NCBI RefSeq assembly: GCF_030684315.1
Contig: NC_081355.1
Location: 80,438,924-80,502,923, forward strand
Length of the DNA: 64,000 bases
DNA from: Stegostoma tigrinum
Taxonomy: Eukaryota
Direction of reading: 5' to 3'
Position 1 is the stretch's first letter. Each line of letters starts with the position of its first letter. Below are positions 48,610-61,969 of the stretch, in pieces. The notes under the pieces were generated by a model, which was given only the letters and a program-made list of their open reading frames with translations, was not told the DNA's origin and searched no databases. A program made the translations under genes and the position numbers.

Positions 48610-49060
48610 TGGATCAGAAAAGTGGATCATTCATTGTTGCTAAAACATTACACAAAATTGTGAGATGTTATTCTCAAGTAAATAGAACTGTAAGTAGATA
48701 CAGTGAGAGAAATGCAAAGATGACTGTACTAGTAAGAAATCTCCATGTCAGCATGAAGAAACACCATTAGTTCCAGTTTAGGCAACAAAACCTTTTGAAA
48801 TTACAGCCGGTGGCATTGTGGGTCCATTGGCTTTATCTAAGAAAGGAAATTATTTCACCTCGGTCTGTCATGATTACTTTCCCAAATGGCCTAAAGCATT
48901 TGATACACCTAATAAAGAAGTTGAAACTGCAGATAGATCTGGTTAATGAACTTACCAAAAGATACTAGTGCACTGGTCATTCACACTAGTGTGGAGATTT
49001 GAGTCTTGTATCACAAGGGAAATACACCAGTTTCTAGAAAATTTAAAGACAAAAAGAGCA
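48610..49060 (+). pseudogene. Ty3/Gypsy integrase remnant
   Basis: Hand translation of 48788-48940: KPFEITAGGIVGPLALSKKGNYFTSVCHDYFPKWPKAFDTPNKEVETA, matching the rve start PFxxxxxDIVGPL...GNxY...DYFxKWPxA. The upstream KTLHKI resembles the HHCC region. Confidence 0.85.
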
Positions 49061-49934
49061 CTACCTACAATTTGATAGTTAGCTTGGAAATCACAGAGCT
49101 TACTGGTTAGAAAGAGAAAGAAATACATTTACCAGCATTTGTCATGGGTTATTGAACCAGAATTCATGCATCAATTCATCAATTCTTTACAAGCTTTTTG
49201 TTATCCTACGTGAGTGAGGCATAAGATTGGTAAATAGTATCTTGATTTAAAGTCCGCGTGTTTCCCCTTGGCTTGCATCAACACATATTGAGGATTTGAA
49301 GAAAAGATTGTGGAAAGAATTGTCTTACGATAAAAAAAATGTGCAGCAAAGTAATCACTGCAAAATACTTCTGGTAAAGAGTTGGCAACACTATATGTAT
49401 CTCATCTTGTCACAGATTGCAAAGCTTTGCTCCAAAATTGCAGTGATTCCTATTCTCATGCCTGATGTGTTTGTTTTTATATCTTTGATGCGTGACACAG
49501 TAGCCATTTACTATGCCCTTGACTCAATAATATAGCTCTACATAGACTTACTGATATATCAAATGATATCCATTTCTATGCAGTATAACAGTGTGAAGAA
49601 TTTCCACCTCTTCATCTCAGCATAATTCTAAATTGTAGCCAACATAGTTGAGACAATGACATAGTAAAAGAAGAAAACATATAAATCTCTCAGTCATGCA
49701 TTTATTTTTAGATTTACAGCAAGCAACGAAGAAATCCAAAAGGATCCAGATGTGTAGGAAAACAAAAAGTTCATACATGGCAAATCAACATTCAAATAAA
49801 ACCTCAAAATAATTCTGGTAGAAGTCACAGACCTTGGTAGACTTGTAGCATTATCTTCTCATTTCAAGTTTTATTTGGATTGCGAATAAGATAAAGCGTT
49901 CCCTAGTGTTATGCATGGAAGATGTCATGCTCAA

Positions 49935-50175
49935 CGCCCCCAGAGAGTGGTGGATATATGGAACGCTCTGCCCCAGAAGGCAGTGGAGGCCAACTCTCTG
50001 GATACTTTTAAGAAAGAGATAGATGGAGCTCGTAAACATAGAGGAATCAAGGGTTATGGGGATAAGGCAGGAACAGGATACTCATTGTGGATGATCAGCC
50101 ATGATCAAAATGAATGGTGGTGCTGGCTCGAAGGGCCGAAAGGCCTACTCCAGCACCTATTGTCTATTGTCTATT
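49935..50175 (+). mobile_element. Short, well-preserved CR1 3' end
   Basis: QRVVDIWNALPQKAVEANSLDTFKKEID...GIKGYG and an (attgtct)n tail. Confidence 0.9.
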
Positions 50176-50319
50176 AAATGCAGGTCGAAACACACAGACG
50201 AAAACTGTATAGTCACTTGCAGAAAAAAAAGTAGTTACAGAGAAACTGTACAAGCTGTTCAGACAGATCTCTGAGGTACGGATGCTCACTACTAATTTTC
50301 AGAAAAAGTTGTTCTTGAG

Positions 50320-50900
50320 ATGTGGGTGTCAGAGCTAAGCATTTATTGCCCTTGAGAAAGTGGTGTTGAGACTTTTTTTTAATTCATTCACAAAGTGCAA
50401 ACTTCACCTGGCTATGCTAGCATTTATTGCCCATTCCTAATTGCCCCTGAAAAATGGTGTTGAATTGCTTTACTGAATTGCTGCATCCTGAGAATGTTGG
50501 AAAACCAACAGTTTTGGTGAGGAATGGAGTTCCAGGAATTTGAACCATTGAGATTGAAGGAATAGCAAGACATTTCCAAGGCAGGATAACAAGTGATGGC
50601 AATCACACACATTTGCTACCTTTGTATTAATTAAAATCATAGATTTGGAAGATGACATTGAAGTTGGCGCATTTCTCCAGTGCTTTGTTAAGATGGTCCA
50701 CACACTATCTTTCAACACCATGTCATCTGTAGCTACTTCGTTTGTTACAGGTGCAAACCAAGCATTTCTACATCAGGTACAAATTCCCTGTCAAATAGCC
50801 CCAGCAAGGCAGTTCAAGTATAAACCTCCAGGATGTTAATTTAGGCAGTTCATCATTGGCGATGCCATTGACCATCAAAAGGTGATGGTTAAATTCTCAA
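50320..50900 (-). mobile_element. LINE family B 3' fragments (two adjacent 3' ends)
   Basis: gcatttattgccc occurs at ~50339 and ~50420. Confidence 0.7.
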
Positions 50901-51553
50901 TTTGAGTCTTAATTACAACCAGACCCTGAGCAAGGTCCCAACTTGCTGGGGATCCAAACCAAATTCATCAAATTATGAAGCTCCAGGGTGAGAAGGGATG
51001 ACTTGGCTCTCCTGGGTTATTCACCAGTCCCCTTGAGTCACCAGAGCAAGGTTAATTTTGTGAGGGTCTCCTTCCCCTAAATCCAAATGAACTTATATTT
51101 TGAAAGGAACCAATATTGGAGTCTTGGCTCTGCATTTTGGTGGAAATTCTATTATTTGGATTTGTTTTGGCCATGACTGAGTTACTGCATTCAGAGCAAG
51201 AGAGAAATTTGCATTGTTTTACCTATAGTTTTCAGGTGTTTTAATGGCTGTTTTCAAAACTGTGGACCTTATAGCTTTCTAGTTTCCACACTGAGGCTTC
51301 TTGCCAAAGGCTGGCATTGCAGTCAGTTCTTAATCAAATTTTTGTATATTCTTGAGGGTAAAATGTCTGCAAGAGTTGTTTTCACGCTGAAAGGGGAAGG
51401 ATAGCCAGGTCACTTATTTCTCTTCTTGTTAAGTCTTTTTCCCTCTGATAAGTCTACCTTACACTTTGTAAATGGGGCATTTCATATTTTATTAAACAGA
51501 CACTGAATTTCCATCCTTTCTGTAGCTGTTTTTTTCCAAAATGGAAAAACACA

Positions 51554-51781
51554 ATGGAAAATCTACCATCCCCTAAGAAAAAGAACAGGAAATGACATCA
51601 CCAACCCAAGGAAACCTACACAGATAAATAGAAAGCGGGACATAACACCAGCGCTTCGTCGGAGGCTCACTGATGATGTTACCTAGAATGGTGATAAAAC
51701 GTCTGAAAACTAACCTTCCAGCTCAGCGAGCAAACTCACATCCAGAAACTCAACCTGAGCTACAAATCTTCTCAAAACTCG
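51554..51781 (+). mobile_element. PLE family B 3' end and pseudo-LTR; HHR core at 51670-51703 with G12>A
   Basis: Peptide tail IYHPLRKRTGNDITN, then ctgatga t gttacc tagaat ggtgat aaaa cgtc. 13-bp TSD atggaaaaacaca at 51541-51553 and 51782-51794. Confidence 0.88.
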
Positions 51782-52061
51782 ATGGAAAAACACACTTCAT
51801 AGCAATTAAAATTAATAGATGTTCTAAATTACTAAATAATTTGGATTTCTGATCCATCATATAGCAATCCCCAAACCATACTTCTGGTAACTACATAAAT
51901 ATACTTTTCATTTCTCAGATATAAACTTTTGCTTACTGCAAGCCGATGTTGAATTTCCCTTCAGCGTGTTGAGTAATGCTGCTGAATATTCACAGGCAAA
52001 CACTTTGACGTGCACAATACAGAACTGATAAACTTATAAACAGCCCACCCATTATAGCACT

Positions 52062-52238
52062 AGATAACAAAGTATAGAGCTGGATGAACACAGCAGGCCA
52101 AGCAGCATCTCAGGAGAACAAAAGCTGACGTTTCGGGCCTCGACCCTTCATCAGAGAGGGAATGGGGAGAGGGAACTGGAATAAATAGGGAGAGAGGGGG
52201 AGGCGGACCGAAGATGGAGAGAAAAGAAGATAGGCGGA
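52062..52238 (-). mobile_element. PLE family A pseudo-LTR with intact HHR core at 52127-52154
   Basis: CUGAUGA-A-GGGU(CGAG)GCCC-GAAA-CGUC. Collinear with 23840-24018. It abuts a plus-strand HE1/CR1 tail at 52240-52310. Confidence 0.88.
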
Positions 52239-52769
52239 GAGGGTTGCTCTCCGGAAGGTCGGTGAAAATTTGATGGGCCAAATGGCCTCCCTCAACACTG
52301 TAGGGATTCCACAATGCTATATCTCAGGCCACTGCTCCTTCCAAGTTGTCTTCTTATATGAATCAACACAGGTGTTACATTGTTGCCAAGAAGTGCAAAT
52401 AAACAATCAATTGGAAGTTTAGAACTCCGACCTTTTTGTATTTCATTCTCTTTGGTGGTTATTTCAAGTTTAAAATATAGGATATTAATTTTCTGTTTGA
52501 TTTCTGTTTTTACTGCTTTCTCTAAAATAGATTCCACCTGTTGTATTATGGCAGAGATTCTAGGTGACATAGGTAATGTATCTTTAACTCAGTCACATGA
52601 CATTGTGAAGTGCAATGTCCAAATATAAAGGTACCCACCTTGCCTACAGTCACTGTCTGCGTAAAGAAATCAGTGTAGTTAGTCAGTTAAGTGCACAATG
52701 CGCACTAACATCCATTAGCAACAACTCAAGCCACATGTATATTGTAACCTTGTAAATAGTTCGTACTTG

Positions 52770-53550
52770 AATTGAATGATTGATTGTCATTTGCATTTAC
52801 ACCAAATAATACAGTAAAATACAGTGAAAAGTTTGAATTGTTGCCACAATCCGGCACCATTTTGAATAGTTTAAGAATAGAAAGATAAATCTTAAAGAGA
52901 ATCTATCTTCATTCTGTCACCTCCACCATGAGCCCTGAGCCCCAAGCCAGCTGACCAATGACATCTGCACCTTCACCCCTCCATCACCACCTTGCTGTTA
53001 CCTGTGTCAGGCCCACTAAAGTAGGAGCCACCACACCTTTCTTTGTTGCTGGGCCCACCTCGCTGACACTGATGTCAATGCCAGGTTCTGTGCTGAACCC
53101 ACACTCACCCTGAAACCAGGAGTCCCTAGTCTGCTGCCACCACGATAACTTTAGGAATCCCTGCCCCGGGCCTTCGATAAATGGGAATCCTCCGCTCCAC
53201 CACCAGGCCAAGCTATTGCCAATGGTCCCACTCCAGCTGCCTTCCTCTGACATGTCATTTCCTGACCCCGCCATATTGAAAAGTCCACTGCCACTGCCAC
53301 CTCCAATCACTTTGCTGCCATTCTATACACAGCCTGCTATCACTGGCAATGTTGATGCTGCTGATTAACCCACAGCAAAATATTTTAAAGAAAAGATTAA
53401 TGAATGACAAAACAAATAAAAAACAAAACAAAAAAAATGAGCAGGAGTGAAAAGAATAAAAAGGAAAAGACAAGAAAGCAGATCAGAGCGGATGAGTGCC
53501 AGGCTGAAGTGCCTATGCACAGCTCTGCTTCTCTGCCACCATCTTGGGAT
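52770..53550 (-). mobile_element. Unclassified non-coding retroposon (see 46430-47000)
   Basis: On the minus strand it starts ccaagatggtggc, has a GC-rich body, shares the 3' end, and ends in a caatcaatcattcaattcaa tail. Confidence 0.6.
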
Positions 53551-53879
53551 GGCTGTAAGTTAACTTCATGATATCTGACTCACTAGAACCTGACTATCTG
53601 TGGGATTTACTACAAGAGCTAATATAATTGTAATATAATTGTAGATCACTAACAGCGTCAAAACCATTGGCTTCCATTCTGTAACAGAGCTTCCACAACC
53701 AACATACTCTTAGCCCCATTGTCCAACTCCTCTCACCCTCCAATCAACCACTTATTTAAACCATTACCCTGCATTCATCAAGCTTTAAGTTATTTATTTC
53801 AAACTCACTAACTTGCTGATTGACTTCAAAAATCCTCATGTTGGCTGTGGTAGTTCAATCAACTTCCATAGCCTCCCTA

Positions 53880-54710
53880 TAAGACCAGAAGACCATGAGA
53901 AATAGGAAAAACTCCATATGCCAACTTTTTGCTCACTTGCTTGACTCATAAAAATCTCTCAGTAAACTGTTTGTATCCCTCTGCAACCTGCTTTTCCAGA
54001 TATTTTTGTATCACCTGGAAATTTGGTTAGAGTGTATTTACTTCCTTCCTCCAAGTCGTTGATATATATTGTAAACAGTTGCGGCCCAGCACTGACCCCT
54101 GTGGAACCCCACTGCTCACTGCTTGCCGACCTGAAGAAGAATCCCTTATGTTTCCTGCCCATTAACCAATTCTCCATACATGTGAATGTACAACCTTTAA
54201 CACTGTGGGCTCTTATCTTATGATTAAATTTTTGTGAAGTGCCTTGTTGAATGATTCCTGAAGTCCAAATGCTACACAACTACTGGCTCTCCTCTATTGA
54301 CTTTGGGTGGGACTTCCATGCAAAACTCTAATAAATTAGTTGGACATGATTTCCCTTTCATAAAACCATGCTGACCTTGATTTATTGGATTATGGTTTTG
54401 CAAATGTTCTGCTATTACTTCACTCATGACTGATTCCAATATTTTACCAACAATAGATGTGAAGCTAATTGGGATAAACTATTACTTACTTTTTGCCTCT
54501 GTCTCTTTATGCTTTGAGGTGCCACATTGGCAGTTTTCCAATCCTCTGATACCACTCCAGAATACAGCTAAGTTTTGGAAAATTATAGCCAATGTTTCCC
54601 TTATTTCTGTAGTTACCTTCATTAGGATCCTAGGATGCATGCCATCAATACCGAGGGACTTATATGTCTTTAGTCCCATTAATTTGTCTAATACTACTTC
54701 TCTAGTTGAT
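53880..54710 (-). mobile_element. Degenerate CR1 RT fragment
   Basis: KSLGIDGMHPRILM and GPQLFTIYINDLEEG...KFPGDTKISG. Confidence 0.85.
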
Positions 54711-55494
54711 GCTGATGGTACTCAGTTACCCTTATTCTATTTTCCCATGCGTGGTGTTCAACTTATTCTTTTTTCTCTTGCTATAAAATGTTCAGTGAGC
54801 TTGTAAATATGGACTATGCTATAATTACAAATCGTTATTGAATTGTATTCAGAAGCAAAAATATCATTACAATTTCACTCTCTTATTCTTTCATTTCCCC
54901 TACTTTTCTCTTTCCTATTTTGGACAAACACTCAAGGTGCTGGTAAAATAAATAGAGACAAGAGACAATAGAGAAAGATTGAATTTCATGCTGTTTTATG
55001 TGAATGAAGTGAAAGCTCATTTAATGTCCCTTTGCCTATGTATTTTAGAACCAGTTGAAAAGGTTTTGCCCTGCTGCTTGTGCTCAGGTTTGCTATACAA
55101 AATAACAGTTTGTCTTGTGACCATGTTCATCACGCTTTTACAATTATGAAACTGATAGTAACTGATCTCTAATCCATTGAATTATATTGCATAGTTTTGT
55201 CTTCCCTCAGTGCTGGCTGTAAATTGTAAAAGACTCGGCTGTTTATTATTTATGTTTTCACATTACTCAGCTTTAGTTTCGTCGAGCAGTGACACTTCAA
55301 TCAATTATTTCCCTGAGATCAGTAAGGGAATTTCTGCTGTCAATTTGATACTGGTACTGTAGCATCAGTATTCATTCTGTACCTACTTCAATTCAGCATT
55401 TTTTTCATGTGTTAGGCCAATATAAAATGCAATGCAATTTTCAGAAGAAATGTTGAAACAACACTGCTCTGTCCATTTAATTTACAGCAATACC

Positions 55495-55900
55495 TTGTGG
55501 GGTCTGGTCTCCTTGGAGAAGAGAAGATTAAGAAGATTTAATAGAGTTTTTCCAAAATCCTGAGGAGCCTGGACAGTGCAGTTTGGGACAAACCGCTCCA
55601 TTTAACAGAAGGATCCAAATCCAGAGGATGCCAATTTTATGTGAAGCATCAAAGACCTGAGAAAAAAACATTATAATGCAGCTAAAGATTAGAATCTGCG
55701 ATGCACTCCCTGAGAGTGCAGTGAAGGTAATTTAATCTAGGTCTTTGGGCAATTATCCAATTCTCTTTGAAGGCAAAAACATTTGCAAAGCTACAAAAAA
55801 AATTTGAGAAGAGTGGGACCCAATAAGCTGCTCTAGCAGAGAGTCAGTACAATCACCAAACTGCTTCCTCTGTGTTATAATCAGTCTTATGATTGAAACT
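55495..55900 (+). mobile_element. Old CR1 3' fragment
   Basis: ctccttggagaagagaagattaagaagatttaatagag (SLEKRRLRxDLIE). Confidence 0.65.
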
Positions 55901-56299
55901 TTAGAACTATTCCTAACTTTAATCATGACTGAAATTTCCTTTCGTGGTGCTTACAATAAATATAGTTTGCCAGATCATATGGATATTTTGGCAACCTGGA
56001 AACCCCACAGCACGTGGGGTCTGTAAAAAGTACACCATTTCACATCCTACATTTGCAGTCAACAGTTTTTCATCAGTCAATTCAATGAAAACAACATCAG
56101 AGACTGTCCATTTTGATCCTCACCCATTTCATAAGAAGTTTTTCAAGCTAATACCATGCTGGATGAGGAATAATCATGGAGTTATTTCCTTTGGTAGTAC
56201 ATGTGTCTATTACTCTAATATTTTAAGTTCTGAGTTTGGGAATCCAGCAAATACAGGGCTGTACTCACTCAACTAAGCAGTAGCATCATACAAATGGTA

Positions 56300-57420
56300 T
56301 CAAATAGAAGCAAGAGTAGGCCACTTTGTCCTCTGAAACTCTTCTAGGCAATAAAATCTAGTTGATCTAATTGTACCTTAACTCCGCCTTCTGGCCTGCC
56401 CTCAATAACCTTTGAATGCCTTAAAGATCAGCCCTTGAATGCCTTAAGGATCAATTGATATATTTAATGTGTCAGTCTTAACCAGCCTTTTGTTAAGATA
56501 ATTGCAAAAGCCAACAGTCCTCTGAGAGAAAAGTTTCTCTTCATTACTGCATTATATAGTGGAAGCTTTAATTTAAACACTGTCTCCTAGTTCTTCAAAA
56601 GGAAAAATATCCTGTACACAGTTTTCTTCATATCATCTCACCATTGCCCTGGACTGGTGTATGAAGTCTTACCAATAATTCTGCTGCAATAAAGAACAAC
56701 ATTCCATTTGGCTTTCTAATTTCTTGGCATAACTTCATTGTAACATTTTTTTATGATTCATGTGCGAAGACATCAAGATATTTTTGGATAAGATAAATTT
56801 TATAATTGTCTATTTAAATAATACTTTGCTTTTCCATACTTTCTTTAAATTGGACAAATTCAATTTTCTCAGAATATACTTCATTTATCATTTTTTGTTC
56901 ACTTATCTAATGCACTTATATACCATATTACAATCTTTGCATTTTCCTCTAAACTTGCATTCATCAGCTAACTTGACCACAATCTGTCCCTTCATCTAAG
57001 TCATTAATATAAGTCATAAATAGTTGAGTACCCGGCATCGACACCTCTGTCGCTAGTTATACTTTGCCAACTTGAAAATGATCCTTTAATTCCAGATCTC
57101 TGTTGTTGGTTATCCAATTCTCTATCCCTACAAATGCATCTCTTTTAGCACCATGAGCCGTTATTTTGCTATCTTATGGAACCTACTGATTTTTCTTTTG
57201 GAAATCCAAATATGCTGAAATTACTAGCTCCCTTTTATCCATTCTGTTTGTGGCAATCTCATAAATTTGTCAAGCAATTTCTCATTCTCAAAATCAATGT
57301 TATTCTGTTTGATGATATTTTGATTTTCTAAATACCCTGCTATCATCTCTTCCTGGCTTTTTGCCAATGGCAGATGTTATACAGAGTGGCCTATAACTTG
57401 CAGTTCCTCTGTCTCCTTCC
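56300..57420 (-). mobile_element. Very degenerate CR1 fragment
   Basis: atagaagcaagagtaggcca (reverse of the tail) and tcatctaagtcattaatata (reverse of YINDLDE). Confidence 0.6.
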
Positions 57421-58486
57421 TTTGTTGAAAGTTAAGAGGGGTGTGGAATCTTTGAAAACATGGACAAGGAGCCAGACCTGGAAGTGGTTGACTGCAGTCA
57501 GAAATTGCACAAACTCGCCACCTTTAGAGGATTACAATTTGGCCTTAAGAAGAAATTTGCAACTGCTCAGCTGAAGAGAAGAACAGATTTGGTAGCATCT
57601 GTGTTCAATGACCATGGCACTAAAGATGCCGTTTGTAGGTAATAACTTGGTGAATCTGTTGTTACAGGAAGTGTAGTACAAACAAGCTGCTTTGGTAAAG
57701 ATCATTAACAAACTGAATGGAGCCTCTCAGCTTGACTACATTTGTGAGCAAATGAAGAAACAGTTTAATATTGTCTGGTTTACTGCTAAGGCAAGCAGAA
57801 GTGCTGAGAAATTATATAATAGTCCAATGCAATTAAATAGAAATGTAGCAGGAGAAAAAAAAGACAGATTTTTGATTTCTGATCATTCCAAAATAACATG
57901 CAAATTATGATTTGGTGTGTTCACTTATTCTGTCCATCATTCAGTCACTTTGTCTTCAATAAACTTTATAATACTGACTGCTGTAATATTAGTATTCAAA
58001 TTATTTATGACAGCTTCACTTGTCATTTCTGAGATAGATTGATGTATTATACCTGTAGTTGCAATGAATTATTATTCAGGAGATTTTTTTGTGGATTCCA
58101 GTAGCAAAGAAAAATCTGAAGAAGTCAATAATAATGTCAATTTGCATGTCCAATGATGTTTCTCTATGCTAATGAAAACTTTGAATACTGCTCAAAGATT
58201 TCTCACAGGCACATTTTACTTGAGACTTTTATAAACAATGAAAATTGAAATAGAACACATATTTTACAAACATTAGAAAGTTGAATTTATGTGGCACCGT
58301 TAACATCCCAAGGTGCTTCACGTAGGCATAACCACAAAATGATCATTGATCCAAAGAAGATGTCAAGAGTGTTAACCAAAACCGGGTTAAAGAGTTATGT
58401 TTTAAAGGAGGATCCTCAGTCACGACAAGAGAAGAAGACATAAATGGTTCACAGAGGAAATGTGAGAATACAGGGCCTAAGAACAG

Positions 58487-58692
58487 TATCAGAGATAGCA
58501 AGAACTGCAGATTCTGGAGTCAGAGATAAACAGAATGGAGCTGCAGGAACACAGCAGGCCAGACAGCATGAGAGGAGCAGGAAAGTCAACGTTTTGGGTC
58601 GGGACCCTTCCTTAGAACCCTGAAATGTCAGCTTTCCTGCTCCTCTGATGCTGTCTGGCCTGCTGTATTCCTCCAGCTCCACACTGTGTTAT
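58487..58692. mobile_element. Older PLE foldback mini-element
   Basis: Arms ggagctgcaggaacacagcaggccagacagcat...ggaaagtcaac and gtcagctttcctgctcctctgatgctgtctggcctgctg...ccagctcc. Degenerate TSD cta(a/g)gaacag at 58477-58486 and 58693-58702. Confidence 0.8.
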
Positions 58693-59454
58693 CTAGGAAC
58701 AGATTGTTTGGTGCATTTGCCACCAACGTCTGCTCACTTTATGGGTAAAAAGAAACAAGAAAAAGTGAGTAATAACTGTTGGTGAATCATTGCCACCTTT
58801 ACAATGCTCCCCAATTATGCAGCTACTCTGGGGCATGGAGAGACAGGACAGAACTGGACCTGCACCTGAAACGGGTGCCAGCTGCTACCCCATTGTTTAC
58901 GTGTGAATGAAGAACAGGACATTTGCTCTGTCATTTCTATTTCCTTTTGTAGCCATAATGAAATTGGCAAACGTTTTGCATTTTAATCTCCCTCAGAACA
59001 TGGAATCAGAGTGAGTAAGCTTGAGAAGCCAGTGAAGACAAAAATAACCCACGTCTTCTAGACTTGAAACTGGTTCTCAGATCATGACACTGTAATCAAA
59101 CAAAGCGCATTCTAGAGAGAGGCAGCAAGTTGCACTGCAATTGTCCAAATCTGAGGTAAAGAAACAGCTGAGAAAATGATTTCCACATTATTAAGAGCAG
59201 CAGTAGAACACTTCTTTCTTCAAAAAAATTGCAATCCTGATCAAAAATGCTCAGAACTATTGTACGAGAAATGACATACTTCACTACTTTCAATTGGCTA
59301 GAAACAGAACTGGATAAGCTTGAATTCCAATGAATGAAGATGTAATTAACCTGTTCTGATAGTAGACTTTTTTTCTCCCAGCTAATTAAGAATGTAATTC
59401 AAAAAAAAATTGATGCAAATTCATTCTGTTTATTGTGAGCGATTGACCGAATGT

Positions 59455-59945
59455 ATAATCACTAAACCATTAATCTAGAGACCCAGGGAATGTTTTGGGG
59501 GTTTGGTTTGAATCCTGCCATGGCATGAATTCAATAAAAACAAAGTCTGGAATGAAGAGTCTAACGATGACCATGAAACCATTGTTAATTGTTGGAAAAA
59601 CTCGTCTGGCTCACTACCGTCCTTTAGGGAAGGAAACTGCTGCCCTTATCTGGTGTGGCCTACAAGTTACTTCAGCTCCGTGGCAATTTGGTTGACTCTT
59701 AACTGCCGTCTGGGCAATTAAGGATGGTATGGATAATGAAGAGGGGTGTGCAGATCAGGTGGATTAGCCATGCAGAGTTGTAGGGATAGGGTGGAGAGTG
59801 GGGTTTCCAGGTTGGATGCTTTTCAGTGTCAGTGTGGACTCAATTGACTGAATGACCTGCTGTCAGATTGGAGGGATTGTATGATGCTGTGATTAAATGC
59901 TGGCTGGGTTAGCCACGCCCTCATCCAGTAAATGAATAAAAAAAA
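59455..59945 (+). mobile_element. SINE sharing its 3' end with LINE family B; an HE1 3' fragment is nested at ~59735-59890
   Basis: B-box-like ggtttgaatcc. The tail gggcaattaaggatgg|taaatgctggctgggttagccacgccctcatccagtaaatgaataaaaaaaa is split by gtgcagatcaggtggattagccatgc...gggattgtatg. Confidence 0.7.
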
Positions 59946-61969
59946 CACAGCCACCACAGATTGATTATAAATCTGACGAAGGTAAGAACATTCTCTGTGA
60001 AGGTTACATTTCACCTCTTGTGAGTACTGCTTGCTCATAACTGAAGAGATCTTCGAAGAAAAATGTTATGACGTTTAATAGAATGGACATGGCTAGGATT
60101 CAAATATTTAACAGCTGTATTACAAACTAGAAGTTCTTCTGAACTTCTGGGACTCAATTTCCACCAGGTGTTCATATTTCCACTGTGCTAAAAGGATCAT
60201 AAAGATAATTGGCTGACTCGATGTACCAGCTGCAAACCTTAGTCTGTCAGAGAGAGAGAAAAAAAATAGGAATTCCATCACAACTTATACATTTCTTTTC
60301 AACCATGTTAGTCAGAAAAACATGTGCAGCATGCGGGGTAGAGTGGTGATATTCTCTTGCAATCGGAGACGTGGTTGTGACTGACAGCTTGGCATTTAAC
60401 ACCCCTTGCTAGCTGCCGTGACAAAATTGGCTTTCTTTTTAAGTGCCCTACTCTGAGTGGTGAGGGAACTACCACAAGTTGTCAGGCTGTATTTCCAGAG
60501 TTTTGACTATGTAACAGTGGGGCATGCTTTCCAGGGAGCGACAATTCATGCAGATTATCATCCAACCCTTCCACATTTCTAGAATGAGATTTTGATTAAG
60601 CATTCCCCTCAGAACTGTGGAGCCATACTTCCTTCTGACAACGCTTTCATAGCACAGAACTGTCAGGCAAAAGGAAACCCTGCCCCTTTTCAGAGCAGTT
60701 AGCTGTTACATTTTGAAATTAAAAGACCCTAACAGTCACTTTGACTATTACTGTCAACTGGCAAGCACATAAGGCAAGTGTAATGTTTGGGCACTGGGAG
60801 GGTCGTGTTCTGGATAGTTGTGGTGTCAGATAAATTGGCAGTCAGGTAATTGGCCTACGGTGACATCATGCCAGGTAAGTGAAGTGTGAGCTGACGATGA
60901 GATAATGTGCCAGCTGGAACGATACCAGAAAGTATCACGTAGGTTGGGTGCCAGGGGACCAGGATACTATCCCAGAAGTGGTTAGGGTATTTACTAGATA
61001 GACAGCCAGCTAAGTTAGGATAGAGACTCAGCTTTGTAGCATATCAGCTGAGGTGTGTGTGGGGTGCCAACTGGGTGCAAGGTGGCAGCAGTTCAGGAAC
61101 GTGTTTGGGGTAGGTTGGGATGGGTAAAAAAATCAAGCGCAGCGGAGTTGGTGGGGAGTCTGGGTATCAAGTCAGGGAAGTTCAAGCCTAGTAACTGGGT
61201 GAGAGGTGAATTAGACCTAGTTTGGCAATGGAATGGACCTGCCCATTTGTGACAGGGTAGGGAGTGGAGGGATATGGGTGTTCAGATCCAGTGCCAGGAG
61301 AGGGGTGAATGTGGGAGATACGTCAAACAGTGGAGTGTGGGATGAGGGGGGCAAGGGCTGTGTCTTGAGTTCTGCGCAGGGATATGTCAGGTGCCATGTT
61401 AGGGCTGCCAGGTCTCCAGCGATGGGTGTTGGGTCCGAGAGAGAAGTTGGGTCCCCAGGGCAAGGGGTATCACATCCTGGGATGGGTGCCTCTTCCTGGG
61501 GTATGGTGTTGCCTCCTCAAAACCGTGCAGACAAGTCCTGGAGCAGAGGTGTCATGTCAAGTGTTGGGGACCTTCTGTCTGGGCTGGTTGATGAGTGTTG
61601 TTTGGGTCCCTGCGGAAAGGGACAGTTTAGGCTGGGTTCTGTGTGGCTGGGGTTATGTCTCAGGGAGGTGTGTTGGGTGAGGATCTCCAAATGTAAGGGC
61701 CTGGAGGAGCTGTAGTTGAGGGAGTGTTGAATAAATATAGGGTCAGTTTAACGGTTACTCAGGAACTTGGCAGTGAACTTTGTAACATAACGTTCCCTGA
61801 GCAACTGCATTGCAACAATCTGAAGTCTTCAATTGTTATGGAGACGTTTGAAGAGTGGCCCAGCAGAAAATTCAATTACTCGGGCACATCCTTCTGCGTC
61901 TGCTATGACGGGGATTCTGCAGGGTCCCCATGCCCAACTCCCACCTATTCTGGTGAGTGGAAAATCAGT

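Noticed and set aside
56410-56455. ~23-bp tandem duplication (ttgaatgccttaa(a/g)gatca twice)
   Set aside because: An ordinary slippage duplication inside a decayed CR1.
60900-61740. G-rich block with 98-160 aa ORFs
   Set aside because: The low-complexity G/T bias explains the scarcity of stops. I recognised no domain or splice structure, so it is probably an unclassified repeat interior.
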